Assembly (NCBI GenBank): GCA_038279365.1
Contig: JAYODI010000070.1
Location: 1 to 31,674, forward strand
Reading direction: 5' to 3'
Origin: Candidatus Latescibacterota bacterium
Lineage (GTDB): Bacteria; Latescibacterota; UBA2968
DNA: 31,674 nt
Shown: positions 7,733 to 16,263 of the stretch, piece after piece
Layout: the number at the start of each line of letters is the position of its first letter
Numbering within the stretch: position 1 is the stretch's first letter
Translations under genes and position numbers: made by a program
Notes under the pieces: model-generated
Database searches by the model: none
The model's input: only the letters and a program-made list of their open reading frames with translations
Told to the model about the DNA's origin: nothing

Positions 7733-8893
7733 ATGAAACAGATGATGCTTTGGATGTTTGTGGCCGTTCTTTCTTTGGGATGGCAAAGTGCTTTGGCACA
7801 AGAACCCTTTGTGCCGTCTACGGCAATTAAATTTAGTCATAAAGACCATGTCGATGCTGCAGAGTTGGAATGTGCGGTGTGCCACGATGTGAGCGAAAGC
7901 ACGTCTGCACGTGATCGCTTATTGCCTGCCAAAGCTGTTTGTGCAGAGTGCCACGATGTAACCGATCAGGATGAATGTGCGTTTTGCCATACTGACATGA
8001 GTCAGTTGGGCAAAATTCAATCGGTTGATTCCGATATCTTGTTTGCTCATAAAGATCACTTAGCTTACGACGGGGTCGATTGTGCCACATGTCATGCAGG
8101 CGTTGAAAAGTCTGTGAAGACGGGTGGGTCGCATATGCCCAATATGCCTACGTGTTCCACATGTCACAACGATGCACAAGCGCCCAAAGCGTGTGCGGCG
8201 TGTCATACCGATTTGAGCAATTTGCGCCCCGAGTCGCATGTTTTGGGCTGGACAAAAGGTCATGGACGGCGGGTGCGTTTGGGCGATACATCGTGTTTAC
8301 CTTGTCATAGTGAACCCGACTGCCAAGAATGTCACGAAGGTGCAAAGTTGACGGTTGCAGTGCCGCCATTGGGCTCACAGGCTACATTTGCCCCACAAAG
8401 CAGCGGGCAGGCGGGTTTGATTTTGAAGAATGTTCATGAATTGAATTATCGTTTTACACATGCTTTAGAAGCCAAAGGCAAAACAAAAGATTGTGCCAAG
8501 TGTCACGAGCAAGATACATTTTGTGCCGATTGCCATCAGGCCGATGTGGGGTTTGTGAAACCCGCTTGGCATGGCGGTGCTGATTGGGGGGCCATTGCAG
8601 GGGCCGTGGGTACAGGCGGTGGTCGCCACGCCACATTGGCTCGGCGCGATATGAATCGGTGTGCATCTTGTCATGCTGCAGTGGGTGATGACCCCACGTG
8701 TATGTTGTGCCATATGGATCGCACACCCGGGTTGGGCAACGACCCTAAGACACATGGACCTCGTTTTAAGTCGCAAGTAGGTGAAGGTGATTTCCACAAC
8801 AATCCCAATTCACTTTGTTTTAACTGTCACACATTTACAGGACCAGCCGGTGGGGCTGGGTTCTGTGGGTATTGTCATGGGCCGCAAAATTAA
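7733..8893 (+). CDS. Periplasmic 14-heme cytochrome c (c3/c7-like N-terminal modules)
   Basis: Signal peptide (..SALA|QE); 14 CXXCH counted; FSHKDH/FAHKDH c3/c7-type His motifs; start at ATG 7733, 7 nt after the porin stop. Confidence 0.9.
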   Translation: MKQMMLWMFVAVLSLGWQSALAQEPFVPSTAIKFSHKDHVDAAELECAVCHDVSESTSARDRLLPAKAVCAECHDVTDQDECAFCHTDMSQLGKIQSVDSDILFAHKDHLAYDGVDCATCHAGVEKSVKTGGSHMPNMPTCSTCHNDAQAPKACAACHTDLSNLRPESHVLGWTKGHGRRVRLGDTSCLPCHSEPDCQECHEGAKLTVAVPPLGSQATFAPQSSGQAGLILKNVHELNYRFTHALEAKGKTKDCAKCHEQDTFCADCHQADVGFVKPAWHGGADWGAIAGAVGTGGGRHATLARRDMNRCASCHAAVGDDPTCMLCHMDRTPGLGNDPKTHGPRFKSQVGEGDFHNNPNSLCFNCHTFTGPAGGAGFCGYCHGPQN

Positions 8894-9953
8894 ATTTATC
8901 GTGCTGTGTGGTTTGGTGGCGTTGGTGGGGTGCAGTGATGTCAAAAATGTACCCACTGGACCGACCACAACATCTGCTTTAAGTGTTCATACACCAGGAT
9001 GGATCAATCCTGCTGCATCTGATTTTCACGGTGCGGCCTTGGCCAAGGTCGGATATGATATGTCGGGTTGTCGAACATGCCATGGTGCAGATTATGCTGG
9101 TGGCATTTCTGAAAGCTCATGTATCAAATGCCACCCTGGCACGCCCGAAGACTGTTCGACCTGTCATGGGCAACCGCCTGCCGCACCGCACCCCCAAGTG
9201 GCCAATTGTAGCTTGTGCCATGGCCAAGTGGTGGATGCATCAGGCACCATTATTGACCCATCGTTGCATATTAATGGTCAGGTCAATGTGCGCTTAGGAC
9301 ATCCGCAAGGCTTTGCCAACCCATCATCGGAGAATTTTCATGGTGTGGCCATTAAGGCGGCGGGTTGGTCGATGGCAGAATGTCAAAGTTGCCACGGGCA
9401 AGATTATCGGGGAGGCGTTGCAAGCGATGTGTCGTGCTTGACGTGTCATCAAAAGAGCCCCGAAGATTGTTCGACCTGCCACGGCGATATGAATAATCCG
9501 GCACCTCCTGAAGATATTGCAGGCAATACGGCAACCACATTGCGCACAGTAGGTGCCCATCAATCGCATTTGTCGGGTGGTTTCTTTGCCGGTGGTATTG
9601 CTTGCTCCGAGTGTCATACGGTGCCCACACATTATCTTGACCCAGGGCATGTGGATTCTGATGAACCTGCCGAAGTCATTTTTGGTGCGTTGGCCAAGAC
9701 CCGTGGTTTAAGCCCTGTTTGGGATGGTGAAACATGCAGCAATACTTATTGTCATGGTTCTGCAAAACCCAAGTGGACGTCTGTTGGCACTGGGGAATCG
9801 ATTTGTTCAACGTGTCATGCCATTCCGCCACCACTTCCACACCCACAAACACAAGTGTCGTGTGCAACGTGTCACCCGCGCGTGGTGGATGAAAATTTGA
9901 TTATTATAGATAAGACCTTGCACATCAATGGTCAGGTAGATGTAGGGCCGTAA
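8877..9953 (+). CDS. Multiheme cytochrome c lipoprotein (10 CXXCH + 1 CX4CH)
   Basis: MGRKIKFIVLCGLVALVG|C lipobox; 10 CXXCH plus CSNTYCH followed by CSTCH (Geobacter-type CxxxxCH...CxxCH module); start overlaps the upstream gene by 17 nt. Confidence 0.88.
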   Translation: MGRKIKFIVLCGLVALVGCSDVKNVPTGPTTTSALSVHTPGWINPAASDFHGAALAKVGYDMSGCRTCHGADYAGGISESSCIKCHPGTPEDCSTCHGQPPAAPHPQVANCSLCHGQVVDASGTIIDPSLHINGQVNVRLGHPQGFANPSSENFHGVAIKAAGWSMAECQSCHGQDYRGGVASDVSCLTCHQKSPEDCSTCHGDMNNPAPPEDIAGNTATTLRTVGAHQSHLSGGFFAGGIACSECHTVPTHYLDPGHVDSDEPAEVIFGALAKTRGLSPVWDGETCSNTYCHGSAKPKWTSVGTGESICSTCHAIPPPLPHPQTQVSCATCHPRVVDENLIIIDKTLHINGQVDVGP

Positions 9954-10003
9954 TACTGTGAAAGATGTGAAGGGTGTCGCATTTCCTAATCAGGAGGTGT
10001 GTG

Positions 10004-11908
10004 ATGAGGCGGTGGACGCTGGGTGGGGTGATGGTGTTGTTGATGGTGGGCATTGTTGGGGCAGAGATTGCGAATGAAGATTGTTTGGAATGCCATAGCG
10101 ATCCTGAACTGACCAATGCGGCAGGACAATTGATGTGGGTTGATCCGGCGCATTTAGAAAAATCGGTGCATGAGGGGTATACGTGTGTGGAATGCCATAC
10201 GTCTATTACCGAGTTGCCTCATGCAGAAGAAGGATTGCCCAAGGTTGATTGCCAAGTGTGCCATGAAGAGGCGCAAGAAGTTTTTGAAACCAGTGCACAC
10301 GGGCTTGCGGTGGCACGCGGTGATGAAGATGCGCCCAATTGTGCAGATTGCCATGGCAGCCATGGTATTTTGGCGGTGGACGATACGGAATCGGCTGTGT
10401 TTCACCAAAATTTGGTGTATATGTGCGCGCGTTGTCATGCCAACACCACGATGAATGAAACACACAAATTTTCTGTTGAGGCACCCGTTGAAGCTTATTG
10501 GCAAAGCACGCATTTTCGCAATTTAACAGACAGCAAAAAGCATTATGCCGATTGTGTCGATTGTCATGGTAGCCATGGTTTAAAGGCTGCATCAGATCCT
10601 TCGTCAACCATCTTTTGGCGCAATATTCCACAAACATGTGGCAAGTGTCACAGTGATATTCAACATACGTATCAGGCCAGTGTTCATGGCAAAGCTGTAG
10701 ATCGAGGTGTGCGCCAATCGCCTGTGTGCACAGACTGTCATGGCGAGCACGAAATTCGTGGCCCCAAAGACCCCAAGTCGTTGGTAAATAAAGCGCATGT
10801 TTCTGAAACAACATGTGTGTGGTGCCACGAGTCGGTGCGTGTGACACAAAAGTTTGGGTTGGCACAAGGGCGCATGCAGACCTATTTGGATAGTTACCAC
10901 GGTTTGGCCAACAAGGGTGGGTCAACGGTGGTGGCCAATTGTGCCAGTTGTCATGGTGTGCACGATATTTTGCCCTCAACTGATCCCGCCTCTTTGATTC
11001 ACAAAGATCGCTTGGGTGAAACGTGCGGCAAATGCCATCCAGGTGTGGGCAATTTGGTGTCGTTGGGGCCCGTGCATGTGAATATGACGTATGAGAATGG
11101 TGGCAGCAATATCACCGATTATGTGCGTCAGTTTTATATGTTGCTGATTTTGTCTACCATCGGTTTTATGTTGGTACACAACGGGTTGGATTTGGCACGC
11201 AATTTTAGGTTGCGCGAAGGACTGCCCCACGGTGATGATTTTTTGCGGTTTACCGTTTCAGAACGTTTACAACATGCCACCATGGCGTTGTCATTTATGG
11301 TGCTGGCCTATAGTGGATTTGCTTTGCAATTTCCCAATGCGTGGTGGGCAGCACCGTTTGGTGGGTGGTTGTCTGAGAGTGAAGAGCTTCGTCGTTTGAT
11401 TCACCGTTTTGCGGCTGTGGCGATGGTGGGTGTTTGTGGGTTTCATGCTGCATATTTGGTTGTTACTGGGCGTGGGCGACAACAGTTGATGGCGATGGCA
11501 CCCAAGCTACGCGATTTTCGCGATTTTGGCCAGATGGTGCGTTACTACCTCAAGCGAACAGACAAACAACCCCGATTTGCACGTTTTAGTTATATCGAAA
11601 AGTTAGAATATTGGGCGCTGGTGTGGGGCAGTGTGGTGATGACGGTGACGGGGTTTGCACTTTGGTTTGCAAATATCTCGTTGCGTTATGTGCCCAAGTG
11701 GGTGTTGGACGTTGCCACGGTGATTCATTATTACGAAGCGTGGTTGGCAGTTTTGGCCATTATTGTGTGGCATTTTTACTGGGTGATTTATAACCCGCGT
11801 GTTTATCCAATGAGTTTGGTGTGGTTGACTGGGCGTATGTCGAAGAAGGCCATGGAACACGAACATCCTGAAGAGTTGGAAGAAGAGAAGAAGCGAATAG
11901 ACGAATAG
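10004..11908 (+). CDS. CbcL-like inner-membrane quinol oxidoreductase: 11-heme c domain fused to an FdnI/HydC-type diheme cytochrome b
   Basis: 11 CXXCH, then about 5 TM helices with cytochrome-b His motifs (ERLQH, RLIHRF, GFH, VIHYYE, VWHFY) and RFSYIEKLEYW; RBS AGGAGG before ATG 10004. Confidence 0.85.
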   Translation: MRRWTLGGVMVLLMVGIVGAEIANEDCLECHSDPELTNAAGQLMWVDPAHLEKSVHEGYTCVECHTSITELPHAEEGLPKVDCQVCHEEAQEVFETSAHGLAVARGDEDAPNCADCHGSHGILAVDDTESAVFHQNLVYMCARCHANTTMNETHKFSVEAPVEAYWQSTHFRNLTDSKKHYADCVDCHGSHGLKAASDPSSTIFWRNIPQTCGKCHSDIQHTYQASVHGKAVDRGVRQSPVCTDCHGEHEIRGPKDPKSLVNKAHVSETTCVWCHESVRVTQKFGLAQGRMQTYLDSYHGLANKGGSTVVANCASCHGVHDILPSTDPASLIHKDRLGETCGKCHPGVGNLVSLGPVHVNMTYENGGSNITDYVRQFYMLLILSTIGFMLVHNGLDLARNFRLREGLPHGDDFLRFTVSERLQHATMALSFMVLAYSGFALQFPNAWWAAPFGGWLSESEELRRLIHRFAAVAMVGVCGFHAAYLVVTGRGRQQLMAMAPKLRDFRDFGQMVRYYLKRTDKQPRFARFSYIEKLEYWALVWGSVVMTVTGFALWFANISLRYVPKWVLDVATVIHYYEAWLAVLAIIVWHFYWVIYNPRVYPMSLVWLTGRMSKKAMEHEHPEELEEEKKRIDE

Positions 11909-12026
11909 ACGAATAGACGAATGGACGAATGGACGAATAGACGAATGGGCGAATAGACGAATGGGCGAATGGGCGAGGTGGGTTTTGATTCGCAGATTCG
12001 CAGTTTCGTAAATTCGTTGATTCGCC
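11894..12026. repeat. 8-bp tandem repeat array with an inverted partner array
   Basis: 10 copies of CGAATRGR (11894-11973), then 5 copies of an 8-mer with a (A/T)TTCG core (11987-12026), the reverse complement of CGAAT. Confidence 0.9.
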
Positions 12027-12038
12027 AGAGAGGTTTAA

Positions 12039-13544
12039 ATGAATACGAAACGTTTGCCCGATATATTTTATAACTGGTGGAGTGTTGTTGGTGCTTTTGT
12101 TGCTGTCGCATCTTTTTGCGTGATTGTGCTTTTGTTATTGATAGATATTTTTGTTCAAGGCACCACACTTTATTTGGGCTTGTTGACGTTTATGATTTTG
12201 CCTAGCTTTTTGGTGGCTGGGTTGGTGATGATTGCATTGGGTGCGGTATTAGAGCGTCGTCGCATTGCACGCGGGGTTGTTTCTACCTTTCCAAGACAAC
12301 TGAATATTGATTTTGAAAATGCCAAGCATCGCAATGCAATTGTGATTTGGACGATTGGAACGGCTATTTTTTTATTGGGTACGGCTATTGGTACTTATAA
12401 AGCCTATCAGACAACGGAGTCGGTTGTGTTTTGTGGTGAGTTGTGCCACAATGTGATGTCACCCGAATACACAGCCTATCAAGTTTCTCCCCATGCCAAT
12501 GTATCTTGTGCAGAATGTCATATTGGGCCAGGGGCTGAGTGGTTTGTAAAGGCCAAGTTGAGTGGTTTGCATCAGGTCTATGCGGTCTTGACAGATTCAT
12601 ATCAAAAGCCAATTCCAACACCCATTGAAAATTTGCGCCCAGCACGTGAAACGTGTGAACATTGTCATTGGCCCGAAAAGTTTTTTGGTGGGCGTCAAAA
12701 GATATTGCCCCATTTTTTATCCGACGAAGAAAATACACCCTATCCCATTTCTATGCTTTTAAATATTGGTGGGGGCGGAAAAGGTGGCCACGCCGAAGGG
12801 ATTCACTGGCATGTGGCAAAGAGTCATCATATGGAGTACATTGCAACAGATCATGATCGCAAAGATATTGTGTGGGTGCGCTTGACCAAAGACGATGGCT
12901 CTGTGGCCGAATATACAATGGGTGGAAAGCCGTTAGAAGCCGAGCTGAAAACAGCCCATGCACCTCGTTCTGTAGATTGTTTGGATTGCCACAATCGCCC
13001 GAGTCATAATTATCGCTCGCCTATTAAAATAGTTAATCAGGCATTGCACTTGGGTAATATGGATGTGTCTTTGCCCTATATTAAACGCGAGGCCGTGACG
13101 GTTCTGGATAAGGTGTATGAAACAACACCCGATGCCATGCAGGCGATAGAGGCACATCTCACAAAGTTTTACAAAGACGAATATCCCGATTTGTTGAAAG
13201 AAAAGTCGGATGCTGTAACAAAGTCGATCGCGGCTGTTCAAAAGGTGTATCGCGAAAACTTTTTTCCTGAGATGAAGGTGTCTTGGAAAGCCTATCCCGA
13301 TCAAGTAGGACATTCAGAATTTATTGGGTGTTTTCGTTGTCACGGATCTGAGTTGGAAACGGCAGATGGTGGCACAATCAGTAAGGATTGTAATTTGTGC
13401 CACACTATTTTATCGCAGGGGACAAAGGATTTTGCCGCTTTGAGGCCGGGAGGGATAACCTTTCGTCATCCGGTGGATATTGATGGGGCAGAATTGGAGG
13501 CCAATTGCACAGAATGTCATGAAGGTGGCTCAGAATTGTATTGA
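12039..13544 (+). CDS. imcH: ImcH-like heptaheme inner-membrane cytochrome (NapC/NirT-family N-terminus)
   Basis: Three N-terminal TM segments; NapC/NirT-like FCGELCH...SPHANVSCAECH...KAKLSGL...CEHCH; 6 CXXCH + 1 CX3CH = 7 hemes in 501 aa, matching the Geobacter ImcH architecture. Confidence 0.78.
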   Translation: MNTKRLPDIFYNWWSVVGAFVAVASFCVIVLLLLIDIFVQGTTLYLGLLTFMILPSFLVAGLVMIALGAVLERRRIARGVVSTFPRQLNIDFENAKHRNAIVIWTIGTAIFLLGTAIGTYKAYQTTESVVFCGELCHNVMSPEYTAYQVSPHANVSCAECHIGPGAEWFVKAKLSGLHQVYAVLTDSYQKPIPTPIENLRPARETCEHCHWPEKFFGGRQKILPHFLSDEENTPYPISMLLNIGGGGKGGHAEGIHWHVAKSHHMEYIATDHDRKDIVWVRLTKDDGSVAEYTMGGKPLEAELKTAHAPRSVDCLDCHNRPSHNYRSPIKIVNQALHLGNMDVSLPYIKREAVTVLDKVYETTPDAMQAIEAHLTKFYKDEYPDLLKEKSDAVTKSIAAVQKVYRENFFPEMKVSWKAYPDQVGHSEFIGCFRCHGSELETADGGTISKDCNLCHTILSQGTKDFAALRPGGITFRHPVDIDGAELEANCTECHEGGSELY

Positions 13545-13577
13545 GTTTGTCGATGAACAACCTGAAAGGGGGATGTT

Positions 13578-14129
13578 ATGAAACGGTGGAAAAAAGGTTT
13601 TTGGATGGCGGTATCGCTTTTGGTGATTCCGACACTGGCCTCTGGAGATGATGTGGCAGAAAAGCCACAATATATTGGTTCTGAATCTTGTGCAAAGGTG
13701 TGTCACAAGACGGCCAAGCAAGGTGAACAGTTGCGCATTTGGCAAGAATCATCCCATGCCAAAGCGTGGGAAACCTTGGCGAGTGAGAAGGCGCTTGCTA
13801 TTGCCAAAGCCAAAGGTATTGCAGATCCGCAAAAGAGTGATCAATGTGTAAAATGCCACACAACTGCACATGGGGTTGCTGCCGATTTGTTAGATGCAAA
13901 GTTTTCACATACCGAAGGTGTGGGATGTGAATCTTGCCACGGTCCAGGGAGTTTGTATAAAAAACGCAGTGTGATGCAAAATCGCGAAGCGGCTGTGGCT
14001 GCTGGTTTGTTGCTTCCCGATGAAAAAACCTGTGTGAAATGTCATAATGCAGAAAGCCCAACATTTAAACCGTTTAATTATGAAGAACGGTGGAAACTGA
14101 TTGCGCACGGAAAACCTGCCGCAGAATAG
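13578..14129 (+). CDS. Periplasmic tetraheme cytochrome, c554-like
   Basis: Signal peptide; YIGSESCAKVCH (CX3CH), W..S.HAKA, CVKCH, GVGCESCHGPGS, CVKCH. Confidence 0.85.
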   Translation: MKRWKKGFWMAVSLLVIPTLASGDDVAEKPQYIGSESCAKVCHKTAKQGEQLRIWQESSHAKAWETLASEKALAIAKAKGIADPQKSDQCVKCHTTAHGVAADLLDAKFSHTEGVGCESCHGPGSLYKKRSVMQNREAAVAAGLLLPDEKTCVKCHNAESPTFKPFNYEERWKLIAHGKPAAE

Positions 14130-14148
14130 TTGGGGTTATATTGATGTG

Positions 14149-14188
14149 AAAGAGGGGTTACATCTTGTCGATGTAACCCCTCTTTTTT
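14149..14188 (+). terminator. Intrinsic terminator ending the EET operon
   Basis: Perfect 16-bp stem AAAGAGGGGTTACATC/GATGTAACCCCTCTTT plus T-tail. Confidence 0.88.
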
Positions 14189-14317
14189 GTGCCATAAAGA
14201 AGTTATCTCTGTCTTGATTTATTGGTTTGCCATCTTTCTGATGGGTACCATTCGCGTGATGTTTGATCTGTAATGAAGAAGGCATAAAAACGATAAATCA
14301 ATTTATGAGAAAGACAT

Positions 14318-14352
14318 AAAAAAGCACCTACGTGAGATTCACATAGGTGCTT
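14318..14352 (-). terminator. Terminator downstream of tRNA-Leu
   Basis: Minus strand AAGCACCTATGTGA-ATC-TCACGTAGGTGCTT followed by Ts. Confidence 0.75.
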
Positions 14353-14362
14353 GTCATTTTTA

Positions 14363-14449
14363 TGGTGCCGAAGGAGGGAATCGAACCCACACGTCCCGAA
14401 GGACACTGGATTTTGAATCCAGCGCGTCTACCAGTTCCACCACTTCGGC
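14363..14449 (-). tRNA. tRNA-Leu (anticodon CAA)
   Basis: GCCGAAG...CTTCGGC-ACCA acceptor stem, anticodon arm CTGGA-TTCAAAA-TCCAG, long variable arm, TTCGA T-loop; 87 nt. Confidence 0.96.
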
Positions 14450-14524
14450 ACCTCAAATCCGGTAGGCCAATAATATCTCAATGTGATGGGGGTATGTCAA
14501 GAAAAAAACCAAATCAAAGTTTTA

Positions 14525-15091
14525 TTAAAAAGGCATGTTTTCAGATCTGGGTGGGCCCAGAATCTCATTGTAAACAATGGCTTGGCGAACACTTTGTTTA
14601 GAAAAGTCCAGTTTTAACCTCTGTTTACGCTTTGTTTTGGGTTTTATGGTCTGTTTTAAACGTGACAGGCGGCTATTGGGGTCATTTTCATTATAGGCCA
14701 AAGATTCCTCTATGGGGCGTTTAGCGCGCACGGTTTGAAATTCTGGGCCTTTTGGGGTTTCGTGCACGGGCCTCTTGCCCTGTATTTCACGGAATTCTGG
14801 GCCTTTGGCAGACTCATCAACAGATATTTTGCCTTTTACCTCTTGAAATTCTTGAACAACGGGCTTGGGTTCGGGCTTTTTTTCTTTTTGAGGCGCACCT
14901 AAGAGAATTTCCCACTCCGATAGGTCTACATCTTCTTCAAATGGGTCATTGCGACCGACTTGTGTGGATGGATGTTTGCGCTGTAGTTTGGATTCATCGG
15001 GTTCTGGGTTGCGATGTTCTTGCCATTTTTTGAAAAGGGTTGAAATGGCACTAAAGAGCAAGAATAAGACAACAAGTATTTGGGCATCCAT
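14525..15091 (-). CDS. YqfB-like membrane-anchored hypothetical protein
   Basis: N-terminal TM helix (MDAQILVVLFLLFSAIS), low-complexity middle, C-terminal RQAIVYNEILGPPRS; third gene after nfeD-floA. Start placed at ATG 15091. Confidence 0.65.
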   Translation of the reverse strand: MDAQILVVLFLLFSAISTLFKKWQEHRNPEPDESKLQRKHPSTQVGRNDPFEEDVDLSEWEILLGAPQKEKKPEPKPVVQEFQEVKGKISVDESAKGPEFREIQGKRPVHETPKGPEFQTVRAKRPIEESLAYNENDPNSRLSRLKQTIKPKTKRKQRLKLDFSKQSVRQAIVYNEILGPPRSENMPF

Positions 15092-15198
15092 AAGATTAGT
15101 CCAGGGAGAGCAATAAAAGATAATGGTGTAAAGCGTTTTAACCGTGAAATGAGCAAGAGGTGACAATGGGATGTGTTCCCGTTGTCACCTCTGATTAT

Positions 15199-16173
15199 CT
15201 ATTGATTGTCTTCTTCGGTTTCATCTGCAATGCCTTCACGCATGCTGGTGTCGGCTTGGATATTGCGCATGCGATAGTAATCCATAATGCCCAAGTTGCC
15301 ACTGCGGAACGCTTCTGCCATGGCACGGGGTACTTCGGCTTCAGCTTCAACCACGCGGGCGCGCATTTCTTGCACGCGAGCTGTCATTTCTTGTTCTAAT
15401 GCAACGGCCATGGCGCGGCGTTCTTCGGCACGGGCCTGAGCAATATTTTTATCGGCTTCGGCCTGATCCATTTGCAATTTGGCCCCAATGTTGTCACCCA
15501 CATCCACATCAGCAATATCGATGGAGAGAATTTCAAATGCGGTACCTGAATCTAAACCTTTGTTCAAAACTGTTTTTGAAATCATATCGGGGTTTTCTAA
15601 GACCGATTTGTGTGTTTCTGCTGACCCGATGGTGGTGACAATGCCTTCACCTACGCGGGCCATGATGGTCTCTTCACCTGCACCACCCACCAATCTTTCA
15701 ATGTTGGCACGCACTGTAACGCGCGATGTGGCTTTGACCTGAATGCCATCTTTGGCCACGGCGGTGACCATGGGTGTGGAGATGACTTTGGGATTGACGC
15801 TTACTTGTACGGCTTCGAGCACATCTCGGCCAGCAAGGTCGATGGCAGCGGCACGCTCGGGGGTGAGGTTAATGCCGGCTTTGTCGGCGGCAATGAGGGC
15901 TTTGACCACATTTTCAACATCGCCACCGGCCAAAAAGTGGGCTTCGAGAAAGGCGGTCGAAATTTCCAAACCCGCTTTGGTGGCGTTGATTTGAGAGCCT
16001 AAGATGGTGCTTGGAGGCACACGGCGCAAGCGCATCCCAACGAGTTCGCCAATGCCAATGTGAACGCGTGCGGCAATGGCGGAAATCCAGAGGCCTACTG
16101 GAATGAAGTAAAGGAAGATGGATAAAAGTAAAAATCCACCAATGACGATGAGTAACAGTAAGACGGCTTCCAT
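15199..16173 (-). CDS. floA: Flotillin-like protein FloA (YqfA/UPF0365)
   Basis: [73 protein letters not shown]. Confidence 0.93.
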   Translation of the reverse strand: MEAVLLLLIVIGGFLLLSIFLYFIPVGLWISAIAARVHIGIGELVGMRLRRVPPSTILGSQINATKAGLEISTAFLEAHFLAGGDVENVVKALIAADKAGINLTPERAAAIDLAGRDVLEAVQVSVNPKVISTPMVTAVAKDGIQVKATSRVTVRANIERLVGGAGEETIMARVGEGIVTTIGSAETHKSVLENPDMISKTVLNKGLDSGTAFEILSIDIADVDVGDNIGAKLQMDQAEADKNIAQARAEERRAMAVALEQEMTARVQEMRARVVEAEAEVPRAMAEAFRSGNLGIMDYYRMRNIQADTSMREGIADETEEDNQ

Positions 16174-16263
16174 TGATCATATCTCCTAAAGAGGCCAGGG
16201 ATTACAGGTCAAATGCTTTGTTTCTGACCTGTGACTTGCAGACCTGTGACTTACGACTGTTGT

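Noticed and set aside
6475-8893. Naming the porin and cytochrome mtrB/mtrA
   Set aside because: The porin is only about 416 aa and the cytochrome has 14 hemes with c3-like motifs, unlike the larger MtrB and decaheme MtrA; they are analogous, not demonstrably orthologous.
11894-11976. Possible CRISPR array
   Set aside because: Contiguous 8-bp units with no unique spacers and no cas genes; it is a short tandem repeat.
11803-12168. Minus-strand 121-aa ORF with SPIRLFVY repeats
   Set aside because: It is a translation of the octamer repeat and is antisense to two well-supported genes.
14347-14601. 84-aa ORF (MVPKEGIEPTRPEGH...) and the 65-aa ORF at 18794-18991
   Set aside because: Spurious translations across tRNA genes and repeats.
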